NCBI GenBank assembly: GCA_045116675.1
Contig: JBGUMF010000048.1
Span: forward strand, 3,751-67,750
DNA: 64,000 nt
Direction of reading: 5' to 3'
Origin: Bacteroidales bacterium
GTDB taxonomy: Bacteria; Bacteroidota; Bacteroidia; Bacteroidales; WCHB1-69
The notes under the pieces are model-generated. The model worked only from the letters and a program-made list of their open reading frames with translations. It made no database searches and had not been told where the DNA came from. Positions 23,043 through 33,038 of this stretch are shown piece by piece. Both the position numbers and the translations under genes were made by a program. Numbering within the stretch: the first letter of the stretch is position 1; every line of letters begins with the position of its first letter.

Positions 23043-23864
23043 CTATTGCGTGATGGCCCCTTCTTTGATGGCCTTCTCGTAGAGCTTGTCCACATACGCA
23101 TCGATAAACTGTTTCTTGCGCTGGTTTGTCAGCATCATCCGGGCCGATGCCTGCTCCTCTTCAGTTTCACTTACCGACCGTTGGTTTTTATAATCCAGAA
23201 TCACAAGCAGATAATGGTAGTCGTCCACATCTTTCTCCACATATTTGTTGTTGGGCTTGTTGGGGCTGAAATCGAAAGGCACGTCGTTCTGCACATCTTG
23301 CAGATAGAGCCAGGTGTCCTCTATCAGATACTCGATGGAATCGCCCAGCATGGTGGCCAGCTCCGCTTTCTCGTTCTGACGGCGTCCCTCATCAAACAGG
23401 ATAGCCTTGACGGGTGCTATCAGACGGGAGTTGCGTGACAGCTTCACATAGTTCACCTTCACAATTTCCTTGTCCACCGTATATTGCTTGCCAAAGGATT
23501 TCACGAATTCTGTCATCTCGTTGTCGGTGATGCCGAATTCGGTGCTGTCGGCCACCAGCTTGTCGAAAAAGGCATTCACTAACAGCTGGTTCCGGTATTC
23601 ATCCATTTGTCGGCGGAAATTCTTCTCGCGCGGGGAGAGTTTATTCTCCGCCTCATGGATGATGAGTTGTTCCTTGATCCAGCTGTCCACGAAATCGCGC
23701 ACCAATGCCAGACTGTCGTCGGTAGAGAGGCCCGTCGGCATGCCGGCGCGTATTTCCGACAGATAGAGTTTATGGTAATAGACCTGCGCCACTACCGGGT
23801 CCTTCTCGCGTTTGCATGCGGAAAGACACAGGACTGCGGACAATAGGATGAGGAGTTTTCTCAC
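23043..23864 (-). CDS. lipoprotein, possibly a SurA-N-like chaperone domain
   Basis: MRKLLILLSAVLCLSAC lipobox. Helical content. Sits directly downstream of the parvulin gene. The functional call is weak. Confidence 0.5.
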   Translation of the reverse strand: MRKLLILLSAVLCLSACKREKDPVVAQVYYHKLYLSEIRAGMPTGLSTDDSLALVRDFVDSWIKEQLIIHEAENKLSPREKNFRRQMDEYRNQLLVNAFFDKLVADSTEFGITDNEMTEFVKSFGKQYTVDKEIVKVNYVKLSRNSRLIAPVKAILFDEGRRQNEKAELATMLGDSIEYLIEDTWLYLQDVQNDVPFDFSPNKPNNKYVEKDVDDYHYLLVILDYKNQRSVSETEEEQASARMMLTNQRKKQFIDAYVDKLYEKAIKEGAITQ

Positions 23865-23865
23865 G

Positions 23866-25617
23866 TTATTTTTTCAAGATGGACTTAAACACTTGTTCGT
23901 CAACCACCACTGGGTATTTGGCTTTCAGCTCTTTGAGCCATTGCTTTTCCAGCACATCCTGATAGCGGTTGATGATGATGGCGCGGATCTCTGAAAGCGG
24001 TTTGTATTGGAGGCTGTCGTTGGGTTGGGCCACCGGATATTCGGTCTTCACCGATTCGTAGTAGCGTTCGAGGCCGACGCTGTCCTGAATGGCCGCGTTC
24101 CAGACCTTTTGGGCGTTGATTTCATACAGGAGCATGCCGTCGTGGAACTCCTTCACCAGCTCGCGGTATTCGGGGTATTTGTTTGTCAGCTGGGTGTTCT
24201 CATATTGCAGCATCTTGTCGCCGACCATCTTCTGGAAGATTTGTTCCAGAAAGTCCTCCACGGGTACGTTGAGTTGTGTGCCTTGGAAGCGCGACACGAA
24301 ACGGGCGAATTCCACAGCGGTGATTTTCTGGTCGGCATAGGTGCACATGGGTTTCAGTTTCCCGATGCCTTTCAGGGAGTCGATAGCCACGCGGGTGGAC
24401 TGGAAGTAGGATTCCGGCAGATTCTTCTTGAAGAACTTCATGGCTGCCGCCTTTCCTTTCTCACTATAGTTGTATTCTTTTTTCAGTTTGTTCAGCAGGG
24501 ATGCTTTGCTCTTCTGGGAGCGTGCGTCGCGGGAGAGTTTGTTTTTCAGCATGAAGCGGGTCTCATCGTTGACCGTGGAATAGACAATGGAGTCCAGACG
24601 CAGGAAATGCCAGCCCAGAAGGGAGGCCACCGGTTCGGAGTGCTGGCCGGGTTTCAGTTTGATGGCGGCGGCCACATAGTCACCGGGACGGCGGTTCGGG
24701 GTGAAGGGGTCCATGCGGCCTTGCTTCTCCTTGCTGGCCACATCTTCGCTGTATTTTGCTACAACATCCTCATAGGAGCTGTTCATCAGAGCGGTCTGTA
24801 TCTCCGCCAATTTTGCCTTGATTTCCGGACGCGCTTCACCTCTCAGTGCCAGCGAGTCGCTGACGAAGATTTGGGAAATGAATATCTTGGCCATGGCGGG
24901 AACCTTGTCGCGCACATAGATCAGGTGGTAGCCGAATTGCGTGCGCACGGGCATCGACACCTGTCCCAGGGGTGTGTTGAAGGCGCCGCATTCAAAGGGG
25001 TAAATCATTTCCATGACGGAGAAGTAGCCCAGATCGCCCTTGTTCCCGTAGTGGAAACGTTGGGTTTGGGGGTTCACAAAGTCGCGCGCCGACTCATCCT
25101 CGGAGTATTTTACGGCAGCCTCGGCGAAGTCCAGGCCGTTGAGGATCTCATTGCGGATTTGGATGGCTTTGTGATACGCGGCCAGCGTGTCTTTGGGTTG
25201 GGCCGTGGGCAGGCAGCGCAGCAGGATATGGGAGGCGCGGATTTGGTATTTCGAGCGCTCGTATGCCTCGTTCAACAGCTGGTCGGTGACCTCCGCGTCG
25301 GTGAGGTACTGCTGGGCCGACTGGTTCTTGTAGGAGGAAAGCTCACGTTGGAATGCCACGGAGGTGTCCATCTGCAGGGATTCCGCCTCCTGGACCTTCA
25401 TCCGGTAATTCGCGTAAAGCTCCAGATATTCGCGCAGGTCCTTCTCGGAGGCCTCGCTGATAAGATTGTTCTTCTGATAGGCGCTGACAAACTCGCCTTT
25501 GGAGATTTTCTCATTCCCCACTTTCAACAGAATGTCGCTATTGCTTTGAGCAAACAGGTTTCCCATCGCCATAATGGCAACAAGAGATAATGCTAACCTT
25601 CTCATTTTCATATTCAA
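23866..25617 (-). CDS. periplasmic peptidyl-prolyl isomerase (parvulin/SurA-like)
   Basis: Signal peptide. Parvulin core IRASHILL...GDLGYF...FGYHLIYVRDK. Confidence 0.8.
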   Translation of the reverse strand: MNMKMRRLALSLVAIMAMGNLFAQSNSDILLKVGNEKISKGEFVSAYQKNNLISEASEKDLREYLELYANYRMKVQEAESLQMDTSVAFQRELSSYKNQSAQQYLTDAEVTDQLLNEAYERSKYQIRASHILLRCLPTAQPKDTLAAYHKAIQIRNEILNGLDFAEAAVKYSEDESARDFVNPQTQRFHYGNKGDLGYFSVMEMIYPFECGAFNTPLGQVSMPVRTQFGYHLIYVRDKVPAMAKIFISQIFVSDSLALRGEARPEIKAKLAEIQTALMNSSYEDVVAKYSEDVASKEKQGRMDPFTPNRRPGDYVAAAIKLKPGQHSEPVASLLGWHFLRLDSIVYSTVNDETRFMLKNKLSRDARSQKSKASLLNKLKKEYNYSEKGKAAAMKFFKKNLPESYFQSTRVAIDSLKGIGKLKPMCTYADQKITAVEFARFVSRFQGTQLNVPVEDFLEQIFQKMVGDKMLQYENTQLTNKYPEYRELVKEFHDGMLLYEINAQKVWNAAIQDSVGLERYYESVKTEYPVAQPNDSLQYKPLSEIRAIIINRYQDVLEKQWLKELKAKYPVVVDEQVFKSILKK

Positions 25618-25650
25618 ATAATTTCTGTTTAGAATACGTGTTCAAGGCTG

Positions 25651-25658
25651 CAAAAATA
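25651..25658 (-). promoter_or_regulatory. -7 box
   Basis: Reverse strand TATTTTTG, 34 nt upstream of the start at 25617. Confidence 0.45.
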
Positions 25659-25717
25659 CAAAATCATCCCTAAATGGCAATAGTTATGGGAGAAAAGATT
25701 TTCGAGGGGTTTCGGAA

Positions 25718-25945
25718 CTATTTTTTCAAATGCAGGCAGTTGGAGAATTCCTTGAAGAAGTCGTAGTTGAGCTCTTGTGAGATTTTGAAGAGCAGCTGTG
25801 TGTTGATGTGGTCTTTGGCAAAGATGTTATACAGATTCTCACGGGTACAGGAGAGTTGGCTGGCCAGCCATGTGACTGTACGGCCCTGTTCTTTGAGCTT
25901 TTCCTTGATTATCTTTCCGATGAAGGGTTTCTTTTTGATTTCCAT
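25718..25945 (-). CDS. small HTH-like DNA-binding protein
   Basis: 75 aa. GRTVTWLASQLSCTRENLYNIF resembles a helix-turn-helix. Confidence 0.5.
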   Translation of the reverse strand: MEIKKKPFIGKIIKEKLKEQGRTVTWLASQLSCTRENLYNIFAKDHINTQLLFKISQELNYDFFKEFSNCLHLKK

Positions 25946-26175
25946 AATACTGATGTTTTGTTTTCATAACATGAAAAAGGCGTAAACAATTTCGTTGAAA
26001 CGTACCGGAAGCGAAAGGCTCTGGAAACCCGCGAAACCAGTAGTACGAAACAATCCACGCCTGAAACGTGAACCTTCGCAGCGTACTCTCGTTTCTAAAA
26101 TTTTCCAGATTTTATCGCTTCGAGAATAGAGCGGCAGTTCTATTTGGTTACATTTTTCACCATTCTAAAACGGTG

Positions 26176-26183
26176 CAAAGATA
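26176..26183 (-). promoter_or_regulatory. -7 box about 230 nt upstream of the small HTH gene
   Basis: Reverse strand TATCTTTG. Implies a long leader or a separate small transcript. Confidence 0.35.
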
Positions 26184-26229
26184 CAAAAAAATAATAACTT
26201 GTTTTCTTTGTTCGCGAAAACATTTTTTG

Positions 26230-26237
26230 TACATTTG
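26230..26237 (+). promoter_or_regulatory. -7 box
   Basis: TACATTTG, 21 nt upstream of the ATG at 26258. Confidence 0.5.
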
Positions 26238-26257
26238 CGCCCGCAAAAAACAGCATA

Positions 26258-27295
26258 ATGGATAACCGCAAGATTCTTGTCATCTACACGGGCGGCACCA
26301 TCGGAATGATGATGGATCCCGAGACTCGGGCACTAAGACCGGTTGAATTCGACAACATACGCCAGCAGCTTCCCATGTTGGACCTGATAGGTGCCGACAT
26401 CACTTTCCGGGACATGCTTCCGCTGATTGACTCTTCCGACACCAATCCGGATTTCTGGATCCGGTTGGCTGCCATGATTGGCCGCCATTATGATGAATAT
26501 GACGGCTTTGTGGTGCTGCACGGCACCGACACGATGGCCTACACGGCCTCTGCCTTGAGCTTCCTGCTGGAGAACCTTGCCAAGCCCGTCATCCTTACGG
26601 GCTCGCAGCTGCCGTTGGGCGTGATACGCACCGACGGACGCCGCAACATCCTCAACGCTATTGCCATCGCCGCCGAGTATCGGAACAACCGTCCGGTCAT
26701 TCAGGAGGTGTGCATCTATTTTCAGAACAATCTGTTCCGCGGCAACCGCACCTACAAGGACGATGCCTCGCGGTTCAACGCGTTCATGTCGCCCAACTAC
26801 CATCATCTGGCCGATGTGAACACCGATATAGAGTTCCATTTCGAGAATATCCATTATGAGGAGGATCCGCAGCCGCTCATCGTTCACGATACCATGGACG
26901 ACCATGTGGCGTTGGTGAAGCTCTATCCCGGCATCCGTCCCGAATATCTGCGTACGGTGTTCCGCACACCCGGCCTTCGGGCGGTGGTGCTGGAGACCTA
27001 CGGCGTCGGCAACGCCCCCACCAACCCCGAGTTCGCCCGCATCCTGCAGGAAGCGGTGGACAACGGCGTCATCATCCTCAACGTCACCCAGTGCAAGGGT
27101 GGCGGACGGGTGGAGATGGACCGGTACCTTACCGGCAAGCGGCTCGCAGACATCGGCATTATCAGCGGCCTTGACATGACTACCGAGGCTGCCGTCACCA
27201 AACTCATGTACGTCCTCGGGCAGATTCCCGACCAGGCGGAGGCCAAATTCCGGATGCAGGGGTCGTTGCGGGGCGAGATGACCATGGACAGTTGA
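26258..27295 (+). CDS. ansA: L-asparaginase, type I
   Basis: KILVIYTGGTIGM and HGTDTMAYTASAL active-site motifs. Confidence 0.9.
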   Translation: MDNRKILVIYTGGTIGMMMDPETRALRPVEFDNIRQQLPMLDLIGADITFRDMLPLIDSSDTNPDFWIRLAAMIGRHYDEYDGFVVLHGTDTMAYTASALSFLLENLAKPVILTGSQLPLGVIRTDGRRNILNAIAIAAEYRNNRPVIQEVCIYFQNNLFRGNRTYKDDASRFNAFMSPNYHHLADVNTDIEFHFENIHYEEDPQPLIVHDTMDDHVALVKLYPGIRPEYLRTVFRTPGLRAVVLETYGVGNAPTNPEFARILQEAVDNGVIILNVTQCKGGGRVEMDRYLTGKRLADIGIISGLDMTTEAAVTKLMYVLGQIPDQAEAKFRMQGSLRGEMTMDS

Positions 27296-27326
27296 TTTCC
27301 GTTTCACAAATATAACGACAGCGAAT

Positions 27327-29030
27327 ATGACTTTTTTCACTCTACTGAAGCTTTTAGGTTGCCTGGCCCTTTTGATGTATGGTATGAAAACCATGAGTGA
27401 GGCACTGCAGAAGCTGACGGGCGGCGGCTTGCGCCGTGTGCTCGCCACTATGACCACCAACCGTGTCACCGGCATTTTCTCCGGTGCGTTGGTCACCACG
27501 GCCATCCAGTCCTCCACGGCCACCACGGTGTTGACGGTAAGCTTTGTCAATGCCAGCCTGCTAACCCTCGCACAGGCCATCTCCGTCATTATGGGTGCCA
27601 ACATCGGTACTACAGTCACGGCGTGGATTATCGCCCTGTTCGGATTCAACTTTCAGGTCAGTGCCCTGGTGTTCCCGCTGTTTGCGTTGGGTATTATGCT
27701 GTCCTATTTCAAAAGCCCCGGGTCGAAGTCTTTCGGCGAGTTCATTTTCGGATTCTCATTCCTGTTTCTTGGCATCGCCACCCTCAGGGAGAACGCCATC
27801 GCCATGGATTTGTCGCATAACGCGACGGTCATGGGCTTCTTTGAATCGTGCCGGAGCCTGGGCTTCCTCTCATATCTTATATTCCTGATTCTGGGTGGCG
27901 TCCTGACGATGTGCGTGCAGTCGTCCGTGGCTATCATGGCCATCACCATGATCTTGTGCTCCACCGGCGTGGCCGACATCTATCAGGGTATCGCACTGGT
28001 ACTGGGTGAGAATATAGGTACCACCATTACCTCGAACATTGTGGCCTTGAATGCCAATACCAACGCCCGCCGGGCCGCATTGTCGCATCTGATCTTCAAC
28101 TTGTTCGGGGTGTGCTGGATTCTTATTGTGTTCCGCCCGTTCATTAGTCTGGTGTGCAATACGGTGGGCTTCAACCCCACTGCCGACCTTTCTCAGGATC
28201 CGGACGCCATGTCCCGCATCAATTACGCCCTGTGTGCTTTCCATACCGCATTCAACACTTGCAACGTACTGATTCTGGTCTGGTTCATCCCCACATTTGA
28301 GAAAATCGTTTGCCATTTGATTAAAGGCAAGGAAGAGGATGAGGACATGCGTCTGCGTTTCATCAGCGGTGGTCTCATGTCCACGGCGGAGCTTTCCCTG
28401 CTGGAAGCCCGTAAGGAAATCAACCACTTTGCGGTTCGTGCTCACCGCATGTTCGGTTTCATTCCCACCCTGCTCGAAATCAAAAACAATGATGAGTTTG
28501 TGAAACTCTATACCCGCATTGAGAAATATGAGGGTATCAGCGACAATATGGAGGTGGAAATTGCCAATTATCTGAACAAAGTGTCCGAAGGTCGTTTGAG
28601 TCCTGAAAGTAAAACGCAGATACGTTGTATGTTGCGTGAGATTTCCGAGATTGAAAGCATCTGCGACAGCTGTTATAATATGGGTAGGGCCATTAACCGC
28701 AAGAATAGCCTGCGCGAGGATTTTACGGCGGATCAGGTGGCGCATCTTAAGCATATCTGGAAACTTTGCGACGACGCCCTTACGCAAATGGAACTGGTGC
28801 TGAACGATGCCGACAACAGGGTGGACCCGCGTGTTTCACTCAATATCGAGAATGAAATCAACCATTACCGCACCCAGTTGAAGGAAATCAACCTGACGGA
28901 TGTTAATGAGAAGAAATACGACTATCAGACGGGCGTGACCTATATGGACATTGTGGGTGATAGCGAGAAACTGGGCGACTATGCCATCAATGTGGTGGAG
29001 GCCCACACCCAGACGAAACTGACTGTATAA
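27327..29030 (+). CDS. Na/Pi cotransporter family protein with a PhoU-like C-terminal domain
   Basis: Duplicated GANIGTT/GENIGTT membrane motifs and a helical C-terminal half. Confidence 0.85.
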   Translation: MTFFTLLKLLGCLALLMYGMKTMSEALQKLTGGGLRRVLATMTTNRVTGIFSGALVTTAIQSSTATTVLTVSFVNASLLTLAQAISVIMGANIGTTVTAWIIALFGFNFQVSALVFPLFALGIMLSYFKSPGSKSFGEFIFGFSFLFLGIATLRENAIAMDLSHNATVMGFFESCRSLGFLSYLIFLILGGVLTMCVQSSVAIMAITMILCSTGVADIYQGIALVLGENIGTTITSNIVALNANTNARRAALSHLIFNLFGVCWILIVFRPFISLVCNTVGFNPTADLSQDPDAMSRINYALCAFHTAFNTCNVLILVWFIPTFEKIVCHLIKGKEEDEDMRLRFISGGLMSTAELSLLEARKEINHFAVRAHRMFGFIPTLLEIKNNDEFVKLYTRIEKYEGISDNMEVEIANYLNKVSEGRLSPESKTQIRCMLREISEIESICDSCYNMGRAINRKNSLREDFTADQVAHLKHIWKLCDDALTQMELVLNDADNRVDPRVSLNIENEINHYRTQLKEINLTDVNEKKYDYQTGVTYMDIVGDSEKLGDYAINVVEAHTQTKLTV

Positions 29031-29051
29031 AAGAGTTTTTCTTTTTCTTAA

Positions 29052-29087
29052 AGATGCACTGCGTTGCGTCTGTATTTTTCTTTTTTT
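29052..29087 (+). terminator. weak hairpin plus T-rich tract
   Basis: agatgcac/ttgcgtct imperfect stem, followed by gtatttttcttttttt. Confidence 0.35.
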
Positions 29088-29109
29088 AACCTTACCAACC
29101 TTTAACCTT

Positions 29110-29820
29110 ATGTCACCCATTGTTGTGGAGATTTGTTGCGGCTCGATTCAATCGGCTGCCAACGCACGCGCTGCCGGCGCGACCCGTATAGAACTTTGTC
29201 AGAATCTGAACCAGGGCGGTACCACTCCCTCGTATGCGACTATACGCCAGTGTGTGGAGGATCTGCATCTGGACGTCTTTGTGCTGGTGCGCCCGCGACC
29301 GGGCGATTTCGTCTATAATCGGCTGGAAATCGACAATATGGTCCGCGATGTGCAGATGTGTAAGGAGTGTGGTGCGGCAGGTGTTGTGGTCGGCTTTCTG
29401 CATCCTGACGGGCGCGTGGACAAGGCGATGACCCGCAGATTTGTGGAGATAGCGGCTCCGCTGCCGGTGACCTTTCACAGGGCCTTCGACCGCTGTCCGG
29501 ATTGGCCGCAGGCCTTGGAGGATGTGATTGACTGCGGTTGCCGGCGTATCCTGACCTCCGGCTGCCAGCCTGCGGCGACGGAAGGACGTGAAACGTTGAG
29601 ATCGATAGTGGACCTCGCCGGCGAGCGTATCACCATTCTGATGGGTGGCGGTGTACGTTCCGAAAATGTGCGTGATCTGCTGGAATATACGGGTGTGCAT
29701 GAAGTTCATGGCTCCTGTAAGAGGCTCATGCCGAACGGGTGCGAGGAGACCGATACTGCGGAGGTGACCCGCCTGTTGGAGGTTTGCCGACGGGGATGGG
29801 ATTGTAATAATATGGTATAA
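29110..29820 (+). CDS. cutC: copper homeostasis protein CutC
   Basis: VEICCGSIQSAANARAAGATRIELC and FHRAFD motifs. Confidence 0.85.
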   Translation: MSPIVVEICCGSIQSAANARAAGATRIELCQNLNQGGTTPSYATIRQCVEDLHLDVFVLVRPRPGDFVYNRLEIDNMVRDVQMCKECGAAGVVVGFLHPDGRVDKAMTRRFVEIAAPLPVTFHRAFDRCPDWPQALEDVIDCGCRRILTSGCQPAATEGRETLRSIVDLAGERITILMGGGVRSENVRDLLEYTGVHEVHGSCKRLMPNGCEETDTAEVTRLLEVCRRGWDCNNMV

Positions 29821-29830
29821 TTGGAAAAAA

Positions 29831-30724
29831 ATGGATACACAAACAAGAACGAAAACCATCACTCGTGTCACGGTTGTCGGGGGTGTGTGCAATTTGATGC
29901 TGCTGTTGTTGAAATTTGTGGCGGGCATCGTGGGCCGAAGCGGAGCCATGATTGCCGATGCCATCCATTCCCTGTCGGATTTCGTGACCGATGCAGTCGT
30001 GTTGCTGTTTGTTCGGATTTCGTCCAAGCCCAGCGACGAATCCCACGATTATGGACACGGGAAATTTGAGACGCTCTCCACAGGCATCATAGCCATGGTC
30101 CTGTTCGTTGTGGCGGCGGGGATTTTGGTAAAAAGCGCTACGGCCATTGCGGCCATTACCCATGGTGAGGTGATTCCCCGTCCGGGAGTGATTGCCCTTG
30201 TAGCCGCCGCCGTCTCCATTGTTGTGAAAGAGGGACTCTTCTGGTACACATCCCTACATGGGAAAAGGCTTAACAGCAAGGTGCTGCTGGCCAATGCCTG
30301 GCACCATCGTTCGGATGCACTCTCCTCCGTGGCCACGCTGACGGGTGTCGGATTCGCGTACTTTCTGGGTGACAAATGGACCATTATGGATCCTATTGCG
30401 GCCATTGTTGTGGGAGCCATGATTCTGAAGGTCTCCTTCAACCTCTTCATTCCGGCCATCAATGAGCTGTTGGAGTGTTCGCTGTCGAAAGAGACGGAGG
30501 ACAGGATCCTGCAAATCATCACCGAAGACCCTGCTGTTCAGGATCCGCACAATCTGAAAACCCGAAAGATTGGGAACCGGACAGCCATTGAGGTCCACAT
30601 CCGGTTGGATGCGGCTATGACGGTGGCCGAATCGCACGATATTACGGTGGGGATTGAGAATCGGCTGAAACGGGAATATGGTCCGGAGACGATGATTATT
30701 GTGCATGTGGAGCCGCAGAAGTAG
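29831..30724 (+). CDS. cation diffusion facilitator (CDF) transporter
   Basis: ADAIHSLSDFVTD, HDYGHGKFE, and six TM helices plus a cytoplasmic domain. Confidence 0.85.
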   Translation: MDTQTRTKTITRVTVVGGVCNLMLLLLKFVAGIVGRSGAMIADAIHSLSDFVTDAVVLLFVRISSKPSDESHDYGHGKFETLSTGIIAMVLFVVAAGILVKSATAIAAITHGEVIPRPGVIALVAAAVSIVVKEGLFWYTSLHGKRLNSKVLLANAWHHRSDALSSVATLTGVGFAYFLGDKWTIMDPIAAIVVGAMILKVSFNLFIPAINELLECSLSKETEDRILQIITEDPAVQDPHNLKTRKIGNRTAIEVHIRLDAAMTVAESHDITVGIENRLKREYGPETMIIVHVEPQK

Positions 30725-31664
30725 CGGCTTCGCCGAGGGCGGCGGCTCCGAGGATGGCGGCCTCGTTGAGGTTTAGTTCGGAGTAGCGCAGTTGTACCCT
30801 GTTTTTATATAGGAAAAGCAGATTATCCTCAAAATAGTGTTTCAGGGGCTTCATCAGGGCTTCGCCGGCGCGTGTGGGCCCACCCATCAGGAAGATGGCT
30901 TCCGGGGCTGAAAAGGCCACAGCGTTGGTTAAGGCGATGCCCAGCCAGTAGGCGGTGGTGTCGTAGGCGGCCATGGCGATGGGATCGCCGGTGAGGGCGG
31001 CCTCGCCGACCATCTGGCAGGTGAGGTTTTGTGTGGCCTCGGTGGTCAGGGGCTGGTGCACGTGGGAGGCGGCGTCCAAATAGTTCTGGCAGATGCCGCG
31101 GGCGGAGGCGTACATCTCCAGACAGCCTTTGCGTCCGCACCCGCACAGACGGCCCTCGGGTTGCACGATGGCGTGTCCGAGTTCGCCGGCGGTGCCGGTG
31201 CTGCCATGCAGAATCTGCCGGTTGATGACAATGCCGCTGCCGATGCCCGTACCCATCGTGAGCATGATAAAATGGCGCATGTGCTTGGCCCCGCCGTAGA
31301 TCATCTCGCCGATAGCGGCGGCGTTGGCATCGTTGTCCAGAGCCACTGGCACATGGAAGCGTGCGCCCAGCACCTCCCGGAAGGGAATGCGCTCCTTTAT
31401 GTTGAGGTTTGGGGTGTTGGCTTCGATGCTGCCGGTCTGCGGGTTGCCGTTGGGAGCTCCGATGCCGATGCTGCGGATGTCGGCCATGTCCTGATCCTCC
31501 GTCAGTCGTTGGATGGTGTCCCCGATAGCGCGCATATAGTCGGCGGCGGTGTGGTATTCGGCGGTGGGAAGCTGGCGGCGGCGCACCACCTGACCAGAGT
31601 CGCTGACCAGCCCGATGTCGGTGTTGGTGCCGCCGATGTCAATGCCGATGGAATAGTGGTTCAT
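30696..31664 (-). CDS. ROK family sugar kinase (glucokinase-like)
   Basis: IGIDIGGTNTD and the ROK zinc motif GHAIV...CGCGRKGCLE. Confidence 0.8.
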   Translation of the reverse strand: MNHYSIGIDIGGTNTDIGLVSDSGQVVRRRQLPTAEYHTAADYMRAIGDTIQRLTEDQDMADIRSIGIGAPNGNPQTGSIEANTPNLNIKERIPFREVLGARFHVPVALDNDANAAAIGEMIYGGAKHMRHFIMLTMGTGIGSGIVINRQILHGSTGTAGELGHAIVQPEGRLCGCGRKGCLEMYASARGICQNYLDAASHVHQPLTTEATQNLTCQMVGEAALTGDPIAMAAYDTTAYWLGIALTNAVAFSAPEAIFLMGGPTRAGEALMKPLKHYFEDNLLFLYKNRVQLRYSELNLNEAAILGAAALGEAATSAAPHAQ

Positions 31665-31670
31665 AAGGGG

Positions 31671-32693
31671 TTATCGTTTGATGTTCTGCTTGTTGAGGGC
31701 GGCGCGGTATCGTGCGGCATTGTGACTGTGCTCGGCGGCGCTGGCGGTGAAGTTATGGTAGCCGGAGAAGTCCTCCTTGGCACACATGTAGAGGTAGTTG
31801 TGATGCCGGTAGTGGAGTACGGAGTCCATGGTGGAGGCCTCTGGGATACGAATAGGTCCGGGGGGCAGGCCTTTGTATTTGTACGTGTTGTAGGGGGATT
31901 CCACCTGAAGGTCGCTGTTGAGGATGCGCTGGCGGGCGAAGTCGTGGATGGCGTATTTCACCGTGGGGTCCGACTGCAGCAGCATCCCTTTATGAAGCCG
32001 GTTAATGTAGAGGCCGGCGATGATGGCTTTCTCGGAAGGGCGGAAATTCTCCTCTTCCACGATGGAGGCCAGCGTGGCCACTTCCACGGGCGTCAGTCCG
32101 ATGGAGTCGGCCAGGGCCCTGCGTCGTTCGTTCCAGAAGTGCGTTGTGTAGCTGTATAGTTTGTCGATGAACTCTTCGGGGGTCACATCGTAGAATATCT
32201 CGTAGGTGTTGGGGATGAAGAGGGTGGGGGCGGTGGCCGGGGTTACGTTGTATTTTTGAAGGAAATCGGGGTCAAGCAGCAGGCTTGCGAGTTCTTTGGG
32301 CTCGAAGAAGAAGCGGTTGCCCACGTGGTCCACAAACTGTCGCATCGTGCGGATGTTGTTGAAGGAGAACTTCACGGGGTAGTGCTGGCCTGCGCGGAGC
32401 ATCTTGATCAGGTGGTAGTTGTTCATGCCCGCCTCCACGGGGTATTTCCCGCAGCGCATGGTCTTGAAGCGCATGATCTTGACAGCCAGCCCGAAGGTGT
32501 TCTCGTTTTTGAGGATTTCCTGGTTGTCGAATGCATCCATCACATCGGCCAGCGTGGCGTGGCGCGGCACGGTCACGATGACGTTCTCCGTGTTCTGGGT
32601 GTTGGGCGCGAAGAGGATGTAATAGGCACTGCCTGCGGCAAGCAGGCCGAGGAGGCAAAGTATGGATCCGGTAATCAGTAGGATTTTTTTCAT
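31671..32693 (-). CDS. mltG: endolytic murein transglycosylase MltG (YceG-like)
   Basis: N-terminal TM, then ...LASIVEEE...LQSDPTVKY...YNTYKYKGLPPGPI. Start moved to MKKILL because the -7 box lies inside the longer ORF. Confidence 0.85.
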   Translation of the reverse strand: MKKILLITGSILCLLGLLAAGSAYYILFAPNTQNTENVIVTVPRHATLADVMDAFDNQEILKNENTFGLAVKIMRFKTMRCGKYPVEAGMNNYHLIKMLRAGQHYPVKFSFNNIRTMRQFVDHVGNRFFFEPKELASLLLDPDFLQKYNVTPATAPTLFIPNTYEIFYDVTPEEFIDKLYSYTTHFWNERRRALADSIGLTPVEVATLASIVEEENFRPSEKAIIAGLYINRLHKGMLLQSDPTVKYAIHDFARQRILNSDLQVESPYNTYKYKGLPPGPIRIPEASTMDSVLHYRHHNYLYMCAKEDFSGYHNFTASAAEHSHNAARYRAALNKQNIKR

Positions 32694-32720
32694 TCTTGGA
32701 GTGTCCGTTTTTTCAGGCTG

Positions 32721-32728
32721 CAAAAATA
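32721..32728 (-). promoter_or_regulatory. -7 box
   Basis: Reverse strand TATTTTTG (followed by CAGCC), 28 nt upstream of the start at 32693. Confidence 0.5.
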
Positions 32729-33038
32729 TCCTTTTTTATGGTATTTGGGCAATAAATGAGTGCCATGAGTTTTTTCATTTATTTTCAGTCTCGGCAATAC
32801 CGACGACGTACGTAAATGCAATAATACCCTGTTTTATTGTTCATTGTTTGATTGAGGTTTTTTTTTTTCAAAAAAACATTCAACATGTTGTTGTGATGGA
32901 AAGATATTGGGATGATTTTTTTCTGAAAAAATAGTGATATGAAAATTTTTTTGTATTAAAAAAATACAGCTCTCGCCCAATATTTTCTCCGCAACTTACG
33001 TTATTATATTAGAAACCTTTATCAAAACCTTAACCGTT

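Noticed and set aside
24007-25590. 527-aa plus-strand ORF opposite the parvulin PPIase gene.
   Set aside because: Antisense shadow ORF. It has no recognisable motif, while the minus-strand product has a signal peptide and a parvulin core.
26333-27649. 438-aa minus-strand ORF spanning ansA and the start of the Na/Pi transporter gene.
   Set aside because: It crosses an intergenic gap and two well-supported plus-strand genes, and its composition is not protein-like.
30696-30724. 29-nt overlap of the convergent CDF transporter and ROK kinase 3' ends.
   Set aside because: Short convergent overlaps are frequent in compact genomes, and no structure or motif is evident.
32724-33038. 315-nt AT-rich spacer upstream of the SUMF1-like gene, as a possible regulatory RNA or mobile remnant.
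   Set aside because: It contains only homopolymer runs and weak short palindromes. There is no repeat family, ORF or conserved-looking structure that I can support.
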